Below are positions 14,392 through 27,384 of a stretch of DNA of 64,000 nucleotides, piece by piece. Position numbers and translations under genes: made by a program. The DNA comes from Phoronis australis (taxonomy: Eukaryota; Animalia; Phoronida), in NCBI GenBank assembly GCA_002633005.1, contig NMRA01000001.1:4744184-4808183 (forward strand), given 5' to 3'. How positions within the stretch are numbered: position 1 is the first letter of the stretch; every line of letters begins with the position of its first letter. The notes beneath the pieces were generated by a model. It did no database searches. It saw nothing but the letters and a program-made list of their open reading frames with translations, and was not told the DNA's origin.

Positions 14392-15793
14392 GTAATTGGT
14401 CTTCAGACTACGACGAGGAATGCTTTGTATCTTTTCACATATTCAAAAATCAGACTGTTTTGTTATATGCTTTGTTTAAAGCCGCTTTTTGTCATCTCCT
14501 TCTTCAGGGTACAGAAACAACACTGATGCTGCACCCATGACCATAGTTCCTCACTTATGAACAGGGCTCACATGCTCGATATAAACTCTGTTTACCTACT
14601 CACAAACTCATGCCTGGTCCCACCAACAGGACTGCCAGAAACTGTGCTTGACTCCTAAGACATCTTATGCAACCTAAAAAACAGTTGTTTGACTCACCAA
14701 TTTGTGACCAGACTCACAATGTCACACTGACCATGGTGCACAAACTTCATTTCCATGTATCGTGTTTGGCAGTCATTGAGCAGTGTTTATGAGTCTGGAG
14801 CTGTTTTGGGGAGCGTAAGCTGTGTTTTGTGAGTCTTGCTCGGTGTTTGTCGATCTATGAGTCATGTCTCTGACTTGGTGAACTAAGTTTACCAGACTTG
14901 TGAGCTGTTTTTATACGAAGTTCTTTTCATGAGTGCAGTTGCTGCATTGTTATATTGAGTACATCAGTCACGTTGTTTATGTAGGACTCTCTTCATGAGT
15001 ATTGCAGCCATGTTGTTTATGTGAGATACTATTCATGAGTGCAGCGACCCCATTGTTTCTGTGAGGTACTATTTATGACTGCAGCATCCATGTTGTTTAA
15101 GCCTTGTTCTTACTTAGTAGAACATATTGACTATTTGGTTTGTAGGGCATCAAATTAAAAGAAACCGAAAGTGGCTGATATAATTTACCTCTATTCACAC
15201 AGCTGAGATAATTCACTTACTTATGAGACAATTTCAGTCAGCTGTCACCTACTATTCTTAAACCAATCCTGCTACATGAGGTGGTAAGATTGGTCCATTC
15301 ACTAGACAGCTGATATCCTGCTTGTCTCTGTTCATATCTGTCATCAGATTTGCTGTCCCAATTAGTCACCTGGTTCACCTCTACTGGGTAATCTGTGATA
15401 GCTGACTTGCTGATTTCATATTCTGACCACCTGCGCTCAGTTCTTGTTGCTCGTGGTTACCATGTTTCCGCTACTTCTTGTCCATGTTCACCCCACTGCA
15501 GAGACATTCAAGTCTTCACCAGTCTCCCGTATGTACACTTTGTCACATTTCTAAAATGCTTATTAATTTGGCATTTTTTAGATCAGCAATTTTGTCTTTT
15601 GTATGGACTGCTGATTTCCTATAAGCCTTATGAAACTATTGGACAATTGGTGGTATGTCCAATGGATCAATGAAACAACTGAGACTGCCCCCTGATGCTG
15701 AAACGATGCTGCTTGTCTTGTGTTCTGCACTGTATGAATGGCTTGTTGTCTAACCAAATGGTGACGTGGCCATCTTTATTTTTTATAATGAAG

Positions 15794-15979
15794 GAGCCTG
15801 TTGTAAAGAGGGAGGCGAATCAGGAGGAGAAAGTACAACGTAAAGCAAGCGAGAACATCTACAGCGAGAGTCTTAACCGACAGAAGAGAGCGACAGTGCC
15901 TGCTGGCAAGACCTGCTCGCTCTACCTGCAGACTGACCCTCTATTCTGGTCGTACTTTAAAGGAGAACTTGGCACTACG
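15794..15979 (+). CDS. ADAM10: ADAM10 exon with the furin site RQKR and start of the catalytic domain (KTCSLYLQTDPLFW)
   Basis: Conserved TCxLYxQTD motif. The AAG acceptor and ACG|gtacag donor are somewhat weak, so the boundaries are less certain. Confidence 0.88.
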
Positions 15980-16195
15980 GTACAGGCAGATGCTACTTGC
16001 CGTTCAAAACATGTTACATTAGTCATAGCACCACGATACAGACAGATGTTATTAGCCATTCAAAACATGTTGCATTAGTCATAGCACCATAGTACATGCA
16101 GTTGATGTTGCTATCCATTTGAAATATGTTACATTAGTCATAGCACCATAGTACAGGCAGATGTTACTTGCCGTTCAAAACATGTAACATTAGGC
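15975..16195. repeat. About 56-bp tandem repeat, 4 units, starting at an exon donor
   Basis: GTACAG-like unit starts at 15980, 16036, 16092 and 16151. Confidence 0.9.
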
Positions 16196-16455
16196 ATACT
16201 CTCTCGTCTCATTTTTCTTCAAGTTCCTTGATATCAACACATTTTGAACTTCATGTAAGTTATAGTCCTTGACAGTGGTCTGCCCTGTTGCCAGGGATGA
16301 TGGGAAGAAAACAGTTTATGTTGAAAGTATATCTCTTTTGCTTTACAAATGTCATGAACATGAAATGTCGGCGCTACTCTGGTTCTGTAACAGAGCTGGC
16401 AGCAGACATAGTTGATGACATACCAATTTTCTGAATGTGTCTTATTTTTTTTCAG

Positions 16456-16608
16456 TCTGAGCAGAGAATAAAGGAAGAGATTGCCACCCTGTTGGCGGCC
16501 CACATTCGTGAAGTCAGGTCGATTTATGAGGGCACACGCTTCAAACATGCGGATGGTGGAGTCCAGTTGGATTACAGTGGCATATCATTCACTGTATACA
16601 GAATGAAG
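16456..16608 (+). CDS. ADAM10: ADAM10 catalytic-domain exon (SEQRIKEEIA...GISFTVYRMK)
   Basis: Poly-T plus cag acceptor, AAG|gttggt donor, phase 0/0. Confidence 0.93.
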
Positions 16609-16667
16609 GTTGGTGACTTTGCTGTCAGTTTTTGGATACCTGGCCATTGATGACCAAAAAATGTTAA

Positions 16668-17073
16668 AGCTTAACTTCAACGGAATTTTGTTACTTTAGA
16701 TGTATTAGGCTAACCAGATAGTCCTAACAAAGCCTTAGTAAAATAAGAAAATACGAGTTCAATCACGCAAGTGTAAGCCAGTCAAATGATATGTGAAGCT
16801 GCCTTTTCGTGCCATGTTTCGTCACCGCGAGATCCCATCACAAACAACAAAGGGTTGTATTGAATAGGGGTCTGAATAGAACATCATTACGTGCGGGTGT
16901 TATTTGCAGCTGTCTGAATTAAAAGGTAATTCTTGCAGTGACGTAGACAAAAGCAAGCTAATACGCCTAACAGTTCGTTACATTTGACAATTTTTGGCAC
17001 TAGGGGGCTCAGAGAGATGCACTTAACATACTGTAGGAACCAAATTTACGTGTGTTACCGTTGAAGATAAGCT
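16668..17073. mobile_element. Non-autonomous Kolobok-like DNA transposon
   Basis: TTAA target duplication; TIRs AGCTTAACTTCAACGG and CCGTTGAAGATAAGCT. Confidence 0.8.
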
Positions 17074-17684
17074 TTAAATTTCCTCGTCTTACACATTTTA
17101 TGTGTATACATTAAAACATAATGCATAAAGATTTGATACATGTGAAATAAAGGAAATGGCAAAGTTTTAATACCCAAGAGATGATGAAAGATTTATCTTG
17201 TAAACAAAAATTATGCAATTATGCGAAACTTACCAGGAAGTTGAAGTACTATTGGGATTCTACTGTGTGAAGTTGAAGCCATCCTAGTACTGTGAGCGTT
17301 AAAACTGTAACATCAATGCCCGCTTTAAACAAACAACATTTAATCCAGCGAAAAATAGTGTCCTTAGCAACTGCCCTACGTGATTTAGTATAACTGATCA
17401 CGAATCAAACTAGTCCTAGACAAGTATTGTTTTAATACTGTAGTAATACAAAGCCTTCTGCTTGGAGGAAAAGGACACAATGTAGCAACAGGCGGAGCCT
17501 TGCAGGCACGCAAATGCTTCAGTCTTAGAAAAACCGAAATTGTAATTTGTGCCTTTGGCTGAATTGGCTTTATCTAACAAATTCAATGCCTGACATCTCT
17601 GACCAGTAATTAAAAGCTAATGACATACATAGCTTCAAGGAAAGATCCTTGAGAGTCAAAATTCTTGAGAGCCAAATACTTTAT

Positions 17685-17770
17685 GAGAGAGAGAGGGAGG
17701 GACGGACGGAAAGAGGGAGGGACGGAAAGAGGGAGGGACGGAAAGAGGGAGGGAGAGAGGTTGGGAGAGG
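17685..17770. repeat. Purine-rich simple repeat (GAGGGAGGGACGGAAA)n
   Basis: Directly visible in the sequence. Confidence 0.9.
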
Positions 17771-19015
17771 ACATTTCAAAACGATATTAACATAATAGAG
17801 AGCACCGTGTGCTGTATTAATAGCACTATACTGTAAGGCAGCATCAAACAACTCTTACTAAAAAGTATTAACTCATGTCTTAGACCTGGAGAAACGGGAT
17901 CATACCCCATTCTGATGCAAAACTTTTTCCACTTGAAAAGGTAAGACAAATGTTGTTTCTTAGTACCCCTTCTCCATGACGATAACTCAAGTTCCTGAGC
18001 TTTGCTTGAAATTCCTCTAGCTGATGCGAATAGGTCAACCTTGGGCGAACCCCAAAGAGAGACTAATCATGAAATACGTCGTTGTTTAACTTCCATTCTA
18101 TGTGCTTGTCTCTGGTTCTACTTTCCCGATCGGCAATCATATTTAAATGGCTGGGAATGTAAGTGGCTGACAACCAAATGCCTCTAGCAACATGCCAGTT
18201 CTATAAAGAAAGCACAATGTTTTTGCAGATTGCAGACCTAGAACCTCCCATCTTCCTGATATAGGAAACAGCACATTGTCACATCTGATCTGAACATGTA
18301 CATTGGAAACATCCTTCAAAAATGACTATAGCAATTTGAACTGCTTTCAATTTTTTCACATTAATGTGAAATGATCTTTCATAGACTGACTAAAAGCCAC
18401 CACTACTAACTTTTTTGTCCAAATAATGAGCCCCCCCCACTAGACATCGTCTGAGGCATCACTAAAGATAGTCATAGAGGGGTTACCATAATTGATGGAT
18501 TTATACGTGGTAACAGCATTATCATGCCATCAATTAACTCACGAATACAATCAGTTACTCATGTTACAATTTATCTTCCATTGCGAGCAAGAAACTCTGC
18601 AAAACTCACAAAACAAAAATGAAAGTATTCAACTTTCATTGTGTTTGACACCAGTCTACCTTGTGGTGCGCAGTGGATGAAACCACACGTGACTGTCTTC
18701 TATAGAACATGGCAGCATGCCTATCGCGTCTTCTTGCCTAATTGTCATCTCCTTTGGGAAATAACTGAACGGGTTATGACCTATTAGTTATTTACTGTTC
18801 ATTCTGGTTTTTGAGGATAAATTAGACAACATTAAGATAAATATCACACGTTCAGTAAACAGGTGAAATGTGTAATGTGACAGGATTGTAAGGGATCTGA
18901 AATAATCCAGGTGTAAAACGTCAATAGGGAGCATGATTACAGCCTTTTATGATTCATGGTTTTGGTTGGATGCCAAATTCCCAGTTTTAAACATCTCTCA
19001 CTGTTGGATTTACAG

Positions 19016-19211
19016 ATCAACACTTCAGCCGCATGCGATGACAATGATGCCACCAACGACCATCCATTCTGTAAGAAGAACATTGATGTGACAAACTTCC
19101 TCAACTATAATGCATATCAGGACCACGACGACTACTGTTTGGCTTATGTGTTCACATATCGAGATTTTAGTGGAGGCACCCTCGGACTGGCTTGGGTTGG
19201 ATCCCCTTCAA
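19016..19211 (+). CDS. ADAM10: ADAM10 catalytic-domain exon (HDDYCLAYVFTYRDFSGGTLGLAWVGSP)
   Basis: Near-invariant ADAM10 motif; tacag acceptor and gtaagt donor. Confidence 0.97.
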
Positions 19212-22070
19212 GTAAGTCATGATTAATATTCAGATTGACAACTGGTGGTTGTCAGTGCTTGTGAGAGCTTGTCAGTCATGCAATTGTTTTCGTCAACTAT
19301 GTTTCTCCGTGTTTTGCTTTGCCTTCTTTTGCTTGCTGAGTACTGATTTCGAATGTCACAAAGTGTACACCCAAAATGCAATTTTCCATGGATTCTTGCT
19401 GTATTCTTTTTGATAGAAAATGTTATGTCTGCTATGTTGATAACTCTTGTGTTCCTCACTTGGTATAGTAACAGTTTACTTCTGAAGTTATCAATTGTGG
19501 ACTGTCCGGTTTTATGCCCCCATATATATGTATGTGAGTGTGCCCACAGTCTGGCATCGTCCTTTATCTAACAAACTGCTTGCTTTGCCACCAGGTGGCT
19601 CTGTAAGTAGGAAGTTCCTTAATGAATCTTCATGACTTTTTTACTTTAAATGAGATGTCGGTACTCTCATATTTGGATGAATTTGGCAAGTTCTTCACTT
19701 CAGAGTCTAACTTTCACTTCTTTGGCTTTATAAATTGACCAAATGAACATTTTCCATTTATGTTGGTTTGTCGTGAAGTTTGCGTTTTGTTTGTACGCAC
19801 ACTATACGTTGCACTTGTTGTAAGACATTAACCTAACACACAACACATATCTCCCGTAAACCTCAATGCCTACTTTCTTGTGAAATCAGACCAAAGATGG
19901 CGCTGAGATGGTTATTTGTTTAATTTTCATCCCTCGGTCTTTTACGGTATTCTGTTGAAATTTAGTATGTAGATTGATCTCATCCAAGGCGTGTCATTTG
20001 TTTCTTGCTTTGACTTTACCATTCTCTAGTTATTCAAAAATTTCCGGTGATTTTTCTTTCATTGAGTCATTTCTTGTGCCATATCTCGGGAGTCCCTGTG
20101 CAGTCCGTCTCTGTCTGATTAACATTCTCGATTTATTCGAGATTTGCTGATCTGATGTCTTCTTTTATTGACCGACTCCTCATTGCTCTTTTGTTGGTCT
20201 ATAATACACGCGCTACAAGTCGCATGTTTTGTCAAATCGACATGTGTCTCGTGAAAAACTTGAAGCCTTTTATTTTGGGGTGAAATTGAATGCAAGATGA
20301 CACAGTGACCACAACTTTTTGATTATTACTTCATGGAGTTGTAGCTCTGCGACCCTTTGAAGGATTCTTCTGAACCTTTGAGGGATTCTTCTGAAATTTG
20401 ATATGAAGAGAGATCTCATCATTTGTTTTTCACCTTGATTTACTGTTTTTGAGTTACTTGAAAAATTTTCAGTGACTGCAGCACTTAGCTTTATGCCAAG
20501 TCGCATTTGGCGACCTAGCAAAAACCCCAAGTCACCAAACTAAATCTGAGGTCGCCAAAACCAAAAGTTCCAGGTCATCAAATGAAATCTGAGGTTGCCG
20601 ATCCAGCATAGAAATCTTCGCCAGAACCGAAAATTCCAGGTTGCCAAATTAAATCTGAGATTGCCGACCCAGCATAGAAATCGTCATCTAAAAAAAGAAA
20701 GGTCGTATGGTCGTACTGTGTGCCATTCTCTCCCAATTTCTCCCCATAAATGTACATTCATTCTCGCAAATGATTGCATACACTGGTGGTGCGTATTTCG
20801 CTGCTTTTTCCGATTTTTGCCGAACAATTCTGACTTAAGGGTATATCTGTTTACTCTGGTTGTAACTTAAGCGCGTGTTTGATGTGGGCTGTCTGCTGTG
20901 GTGGCAAATGCGCTGATTTCACGAAATAGACGAAACAGTTGTGAACCAAAGGTATTAAATCTGGAAAAACTGCTATGTTGGTTCATAAAAATTGCCGCGT
21001 CTGTAATTTTTTGTCAGTTCTACACAAAATTGGTCTCTGGCAGCGCTTCCAACGTGATTGATTTTCCCATATTCTACGTAATTTTAAAATCTAACGATGG
21101 CTACATTTTGGTTTTAAAATTTTAATAGATTTGAGCACTTATATCTGTCTGAAAAATTGGCGGAAAATAAAAAATGTGAAAACTATCAATGTTTTTAATT
21201 GTCTGATTGATGAAGATTGAGGCTGAAAACTCTGGTGGCACATAACAGGAATAGTCGAGAGCACAAGTTAAAACCAATAAGATGTATCCTGAGCGCCACT
21301 GTATAAGTCATCATTGATAATGTAGAACCTGACTACTTGTAACAAGTAATTCTCTGACTGAAATGTCTTTCTAGATGCTGTAGAAATTGGCTAATTATAC
21401 TTCATATTGGGTGCCAAAGATGTGGTGATGATTTCAACAGTTATTAAACATGTGATAAGGAAGCTATCAGTGCTTACAGTGTAATCGTAACGAAATCTGT
21501 AGGCAAAAAATTATAGAAATCACCACTTTTCACAATCTGGAGCCAAGTGTTAATCCGTGAAATGGCCAGTTTGCATTTTCGATCAGTTAATCACAGAACC
21601 TTTAATATAAGACAACGGTGAATGTTGATTGTAAACTTTTCTCACGTTATTATGTTTTGTGTAAAATAATTGAAATTTGATGTCAGTTTAGCAAGTGATA
21701 ATTTTTTTGCGAAGAAGTGGTATGTGGCAACTCTCAGGGAAAAAAGTCAAGCCAGCACAGATGCACATTAGTTGTTTGTTGGAAAATCACCATTTGTGGA
21801 TGTTTTTTTGTACTGCTATACATTTTTTGTTACTGTTGGTGAGACATGGATAGAAACGAGAACATGGAGACGAGTGAATACTTTGATATGTTGACAGCTT
21901 AGTACGATAGTTAGAAATGATAGTCTGCTTATTATCAGCAAATGAATATACTGTAGACCAATCGGATGTGCCAGTTTAAAAAATGACCAATCAGAGAGCC
22001 ACCTGGCCTGGGATGTTTACAAACATGAATTCACTACTTAACAAGGGCGAGAGGGGGGTGCAGGATTTAG

Positions 22071-22472
22071 CAAGGTACCTAAACTACAAGGTCACGGACG
22101 CATGAACACGATTCACGGACCTGCAAACACCATCCACTGACTCACAAACACGGGAAGGAACTCACAAAACACAATCCATTCACCCAAATACACGGGACAC
22201 GGACTCATATACATGAGAAAACATGATTAACTGACCGCCAAACACGGGTCACGGACTCATCGTCTTCCTGGGTCAGCTGACATCTACATTTTGTCCATAA
22301 ACCGTGTGTGGCGGTCCGTTAACCATGTTTCTTCGTGAATGTGAGTCCGTGTCCCATGTATTTGGATGAATGGATCATGTTTTGTGAGTCCGTTCCCGTG
22401 TTTGTTGGACTGTGTTTGCAGGTCTGTGAGTCGTGTTCATGCGTCCGTTAACCGTGTAGTTTAGGTACCTTG
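22071..22472. mobile_element. Foldback MITE (arms about 190 bp)
   Basis: CAAGGTACCTAAACTAC...GTAGTTTAGGTACCTTG, with the arms complementary along most of their length. Partial second copy at 23260-23635; an older relative at about 14540-14900. Confidence 0.85.
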
Positions 22473-24238
22473 ATTAGGTGGGGAACAAGAACTCGCCAAG
22501 TCCAGACATACCTATCACAACAGAGAGTGCCCTGGGCTGCTGAGATCACAGCATCTTTAATAAAGATGAACATTTCATGTCAATCGGTTGTGAAATGCGG
22601 CCTGTACCATGGGAATACAGAAAGCAAAAAAAAAATAACTTTATGAATGAGTAAATCTTGTGGCTTTTGCCAAGTAGTGCTGTATAAACTAAACTAGTTG
22701 CACCTCCAAAAAAGCACAAAGAAATTGTAGCAGAACGCCATCTCTGGGTAACAACCAACAGGCAATCTTCAGTAACATTACACAAAGAAATTCCTGAAAT
22801 AATTGACTGTAGCCAAACTCTTGTGTACACTTTCCAGTATCTCAGATGGGTTTTTCTGAAATGTAATCAACTTACAAATCTCACACCACTGACTCGATAT
22901 TCAAAAAAAGAGGAAATCGACCTACGCTTCTTTTGGACAGACAACAAATTATTCACTAATTGTGGGGTAGAGCACTGATGGCTCTGAAGTGGTTTGATAA
23001 GACAACATCACTTGACAACATTCTATTTGCAACTACATGAAATTACACTAGATACAGATATCATAACAGAACAGTAAACAAACTAACGAGAGCGCTCGGA
23101 GGAGCGACACTTGGCGGAACTAATCGAAAAGACGACGATGAGGGAGACGACGACAATCAAGACGATCACGGCGGCAATTATGAATAAGACGATAACACGA
23201 TAACATTCATGTGACTAGCGAAGAAATCAAATAGAGAGCAGACAATCAACTACAATAANCAAACACCGTCCACTGACTCACAAACACAGGAACGAACTCA
23301 CAAAACACAATCCATTCACCCAAATACATGGGACACGGACTCATATACATGAGGAAACACGGTTAACGGACCACCAAACACGAGTCACGGACTCATCGGC
23401 TTCCTGGGTCAGCTGACATCTACATTTTGTCCGTAAACCGTGTTTGGCGGTCTGTTAACCGTGTTTCTTCGTGAATGTGAGTCCGTGTCCTGTGTATTTG
23501 GGTGAATGGATCGTGTTTTGTGAGTCCGTTCCCGTGTTTGTGAGTCAGTGGATGGTGTTTGCAGGTCCGTGAGTTGTGTTCATGCGTCCGTTACCGTGTT
23601 TATGAGTCTGTTAACTGTGTAGTTTAGGTACCTTGATTAGGTGTGGAACAAGAACTCATCAAGTCCAGACATACCTATCACAACAGAGAGTGCCCTGAGA
23701 TCACAGCATCTTTAATAAAGATGAACATTTCATGTCAATCGGTTGTGAAATGCGGCCTGTACTGTGGGAATACAGAAAGCAAAAAAAAACTTTATGAATG
23801 AGTAAATTCTGTGACTTTTGCCAAGTAATGCTGTATAAACCAATCTAGTTGTACCGCCAAAAAAACACAAAGAAATTGTAGCAGAACGCCATCTCTGGGT
23901 AACAACCAACAGGCAATCTTCAATGACATTACACTACGAAATTCCTGAAATAATTGACTATAGCCAAACTCTTGTGTACACTTTCCAGTATCTCAGATGG
24001 GTTTTTCTGAAATGTAATCAACTTACAAATCTCACACCACTGATTCGATATTCAAAAAAAGAGGAAATCGACCCACGCTTCTTTTGGACAGACAACAAAT
24101 TATTCACTAATTGTGGGGTAGAGCACTGATGGCTCTGAAGTGGTTTGATAAAAGACAACCTCACTTGACAATGTCCTATTTGCAACTACATGAATTACAC
24201 TAGATACAGATATCATAACAGAACAGTAAACAAACTAA
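22123..24238. repeat. About 1-kb tandem duplication (22123-23086 and 23260-24238) joined at N 23259
   Basis: Collinear near-identical copies. Confidence 0.92.
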
Positions 24239-25972
24239 TCAGCCAATCAAAGTGCAGCATGTAGAAAGTTGTTGACAAATCAGAGTATACAATAGAGGAA
24301 TTCACTACAATGGCCCAGGTGCATGTAATAGTGGGCAGATAAGCAGATTACTTCATGGATTTGTATGAAAGTTAACCAGGTGATCTAATCTGATCATTAG
24401 TAAGCAGAATTACCTGAAATAGTAACAAAGGTGATTTAGAAATACATGGAGACTGCTGTCTGACTGGGAATATGTCATTAAATGTTGGGTGGTCTCATAA
24501 CAGTAAACAAGCTAACCTAACAATCCAACACTAATGAAAATTTTGTACCTGTTAATTGGTTTCTAGTGGGTTACTCTGACATCTGATACTGCATGTGAAT
24601 TGGGTGCATTGATTGCTTCATGCAGAGGGCTGTGTCTGTTTGGTATCACATGTCAAGCATGATATGCAAATTAGGTGTCAGCTCAACTGGTTGAATGTGT
24701 GCTCTATAAGCACATGGTCTGGTGACATGGCAGCAGGTTAGCGTGGTGAGAGAGCATACTTAGTTGGATACTCAAAATATTCAATTGTAAGTTACCTATT
24801 GATTGGTGTACTTTTAATGAAATTGCTATGCGCTTCAGTATTTTGAAACTTTCTGTTTTTTTGTTGGTGGAGAAAATCTTATTTTCGTGACTAATTCACT
24901 AGTTCTGAATGGTTTCGTCTTGTTCCTTGTTAAGGACCTTTCATACTAACATCGGCGCGTCGATGGTTTGGGGAGTTGTGGTCAGTATGAACGCTTAACT
25001 TTGGTCCTGGATCGCAGCTCCAGTTAACGTCGCAGTTAACAGGTGAATTTACCAGCGCAGCATCGATGCTGCAGTGCAGTATGAACGGTCAACCTCGGTC
25101 CTATCGAAGTAATCGCCAGGAGCCACTGTTGTCGTCAACAATTACAGGGTAGTGCCGTCGCTAATAGTTGCTAATATTTTACTCTAATAATCACCAATCG
25201 ATTGTGATGGTGGGTTAGTTTAACTCACTTAAGTTGCACTAATGCAATTTATCTAGGTTAAGCTGTACATATATGTCTGCTGTAGTTGTGAAGTAATTAA
25301 GTGAAATTTTAAAGTAGTACAAACAACAAACATTAGCACAAGTGGTAGTTTCTGTAGATTGAAACTATTAAACTGAATTGAAAATATGTGACTGAATAAT
25401 ATACTGTGAAAAGTGAAGATCAGTAATAAGAGTTTGGGTAGGGCATAGTCAGAATCACTAGAATTACAGTCATATGAAAGTGAGACAGCAAGGAAATCTT
25501 TTAAATTATTTGAAAAAAGTCTAAATTTCATAAAGATTCTATTTCAGATAGTAGACTATGGCAAAACCTTGGAAATAAGGAGAGTAATGGTCTAGTTGTT
25601 TCCTTGTCTTGAATTGTGGCATGATGAGAGTGTTTTGGTTACTTGTCACTCTTATTAACTCTAATCACGAAACGTTTCATGTGACTTATACTTTGAAAAC
25701 ATTCCCTAAAGAGCATGGGCAATGGGAATAAACATATTTATTTGTTTTAATAGATTTTTTGATTCTGACACTAACATGTAGTTGCATATCGCAGGAGTTA
25801 CTAGAGACATTCTTAGTGTACAGTTAGAACATGGGTTGCGCAGCACTGAAATGAGTGGGGGGGGCTATAGCTCCCTAGCCACCTATGGTACGCCATCCAT
25901 GGACCATGGGTGACGCAGCATTGAAATAAGTGGGGTCTGTTGCCCCCCAGCCCCTATTGTGCACCGCCCATG

Positions 25973-26411
25973 AAAATCTCACCGCTTTAAGACACAATAT
26001 GCCAGACAAGTGAAATTTTATATCTTATTTTTTTTCCCAAAAGTTAAGTAAGACAAATTAAGGCTTTGTCAGTTTTAACTTGTACCAGTATGTCATAATT
26101 ACCATGGGGACCATCGCACATTTTTGCCATGCGCTAACACCAGCGTAGTATAAGTTGACTGAGATTATGTGCTGCTGTTATGGGGAAATCTCACAAATTG
26201 TGGATGAAAATAAGTGCTAGAATTGCACTTCTTTCATGTTTTAAGGGTTTCTAACATTGTTGTGATTTCGCACAATTTGTCAAAAGATTTTCTGTTGGTA
26301 GCTATGGTACAGAACTTAAAATATCAAAGCATCATTCTGGTACTGTATGGGAAAATGAGAAAATAAAATTTCACCTGTCCTCCATATTGTGTCCTAAATT
26401 GGCAAGATTTT
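25973..26411. mobile_element. Degenerate MITE-like element with inverted ends of about 45 bp
   Basis: AAGACACAATATG..GACAAGTGAAATTTTAT pairs with ATAAAATTTCACCTGTC..CATATTGTGTC. Confidence 0.55.
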
Positions 26412-27129
26412 ACTGTACCAAGCAGATATTACCATGGAATCATGATGAGGGACCAACTTCTGCTTTTCTCCAGTTAAGGGGACCAAGCTTCGTTGCTTAG
26501 TTACTCAACATCATTTTTATGACCGGAGTCGTCTGGTCTCTGCTAGGTACTAGTCTGCTGTTTTCTCTTTTTAGAGAAATGTTCTCCACTTGAACAACAC
26601 AAAGTATTTTCCAATATGATTTTCTGTATTTAAGTACTGAAAACTTCAACAACAAGCTTGCTTAGCAACCTTTTGTATGTTACTGGGTAACCTCTGTGTG
26701 TGGCTAAGTATTGCCATCCATCTCTGTCCTGGTCGTGACCCATGACCCTTGCTCTGTGACCTTTTGTTAGTTTTTGTTTTGTCTGAAGGCATCCCCAGAT
26801 GACATGTGCAGATCTTGGTTGGTGACTGGGGGAAGTTGCTGCTCCTCTGTAAATGTATTTCTTTAAAATGCTCTTGCAAAATATGAAATAGTCCAGCTAA
26901 CAGGCCATGCACAGGTAATTTTTGAATGCAGTTTGCAACCTGTTGTAAAGTTTGTGAAGCCCAAGGCTGTGATTAACTATGTAACATGTTCTGGTGTCAA
27001 AAATGAACTATTTTCAGTACCTGTTTTTGCTCTTTCCAAGAGTAACCTGTGTAATTCCTGGAATTCCTAACCTTGATACAGCTATGGAGCAATGTGAGTA
27101 AAGAATGGTGTTGAAAACTGCGCTCTTAT

Positions 27130-27384
27130 CAGGGGCGGATCCGGGATATTGAGTTGGGGGAGGCCAGGGTACAGGAATAACCAGAACTTCGGCAGATACG
27201 CACCCCAGCCTAATTGTAGGGATGCAGGGGTCTCGAATTTTTGGGTTTGCGGCCTTTTTGACTAAAAATGGTAAATGGTTGCGCGCATGTGCTAGTCAGC
27301 AATTCGCACCCGAATTGCCAAATGGTAGCTAGTAGAATTTTAGGGGGGCCACGGCCCCGTTGGCTCCCCCTATATCAGCCACTG
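27130..27384. mobile_element. CAGGGGCGGAT-type short DNA element (relatives at about 8969-9180 and 50585-50861)
   Basis: CAG(G/T)GGCGGAT...ATC(C/A)GCC(A/C)CTG termini with G/C runs. Confidence 0.6.

Noticed and set aside
22660-22980. Protein-like stretch SKKEEIDxRFFWTDNKLFTNCGVEH present twice
   Set aside because: It recurs only because of the local duplication. I recognise no family or splice structure.
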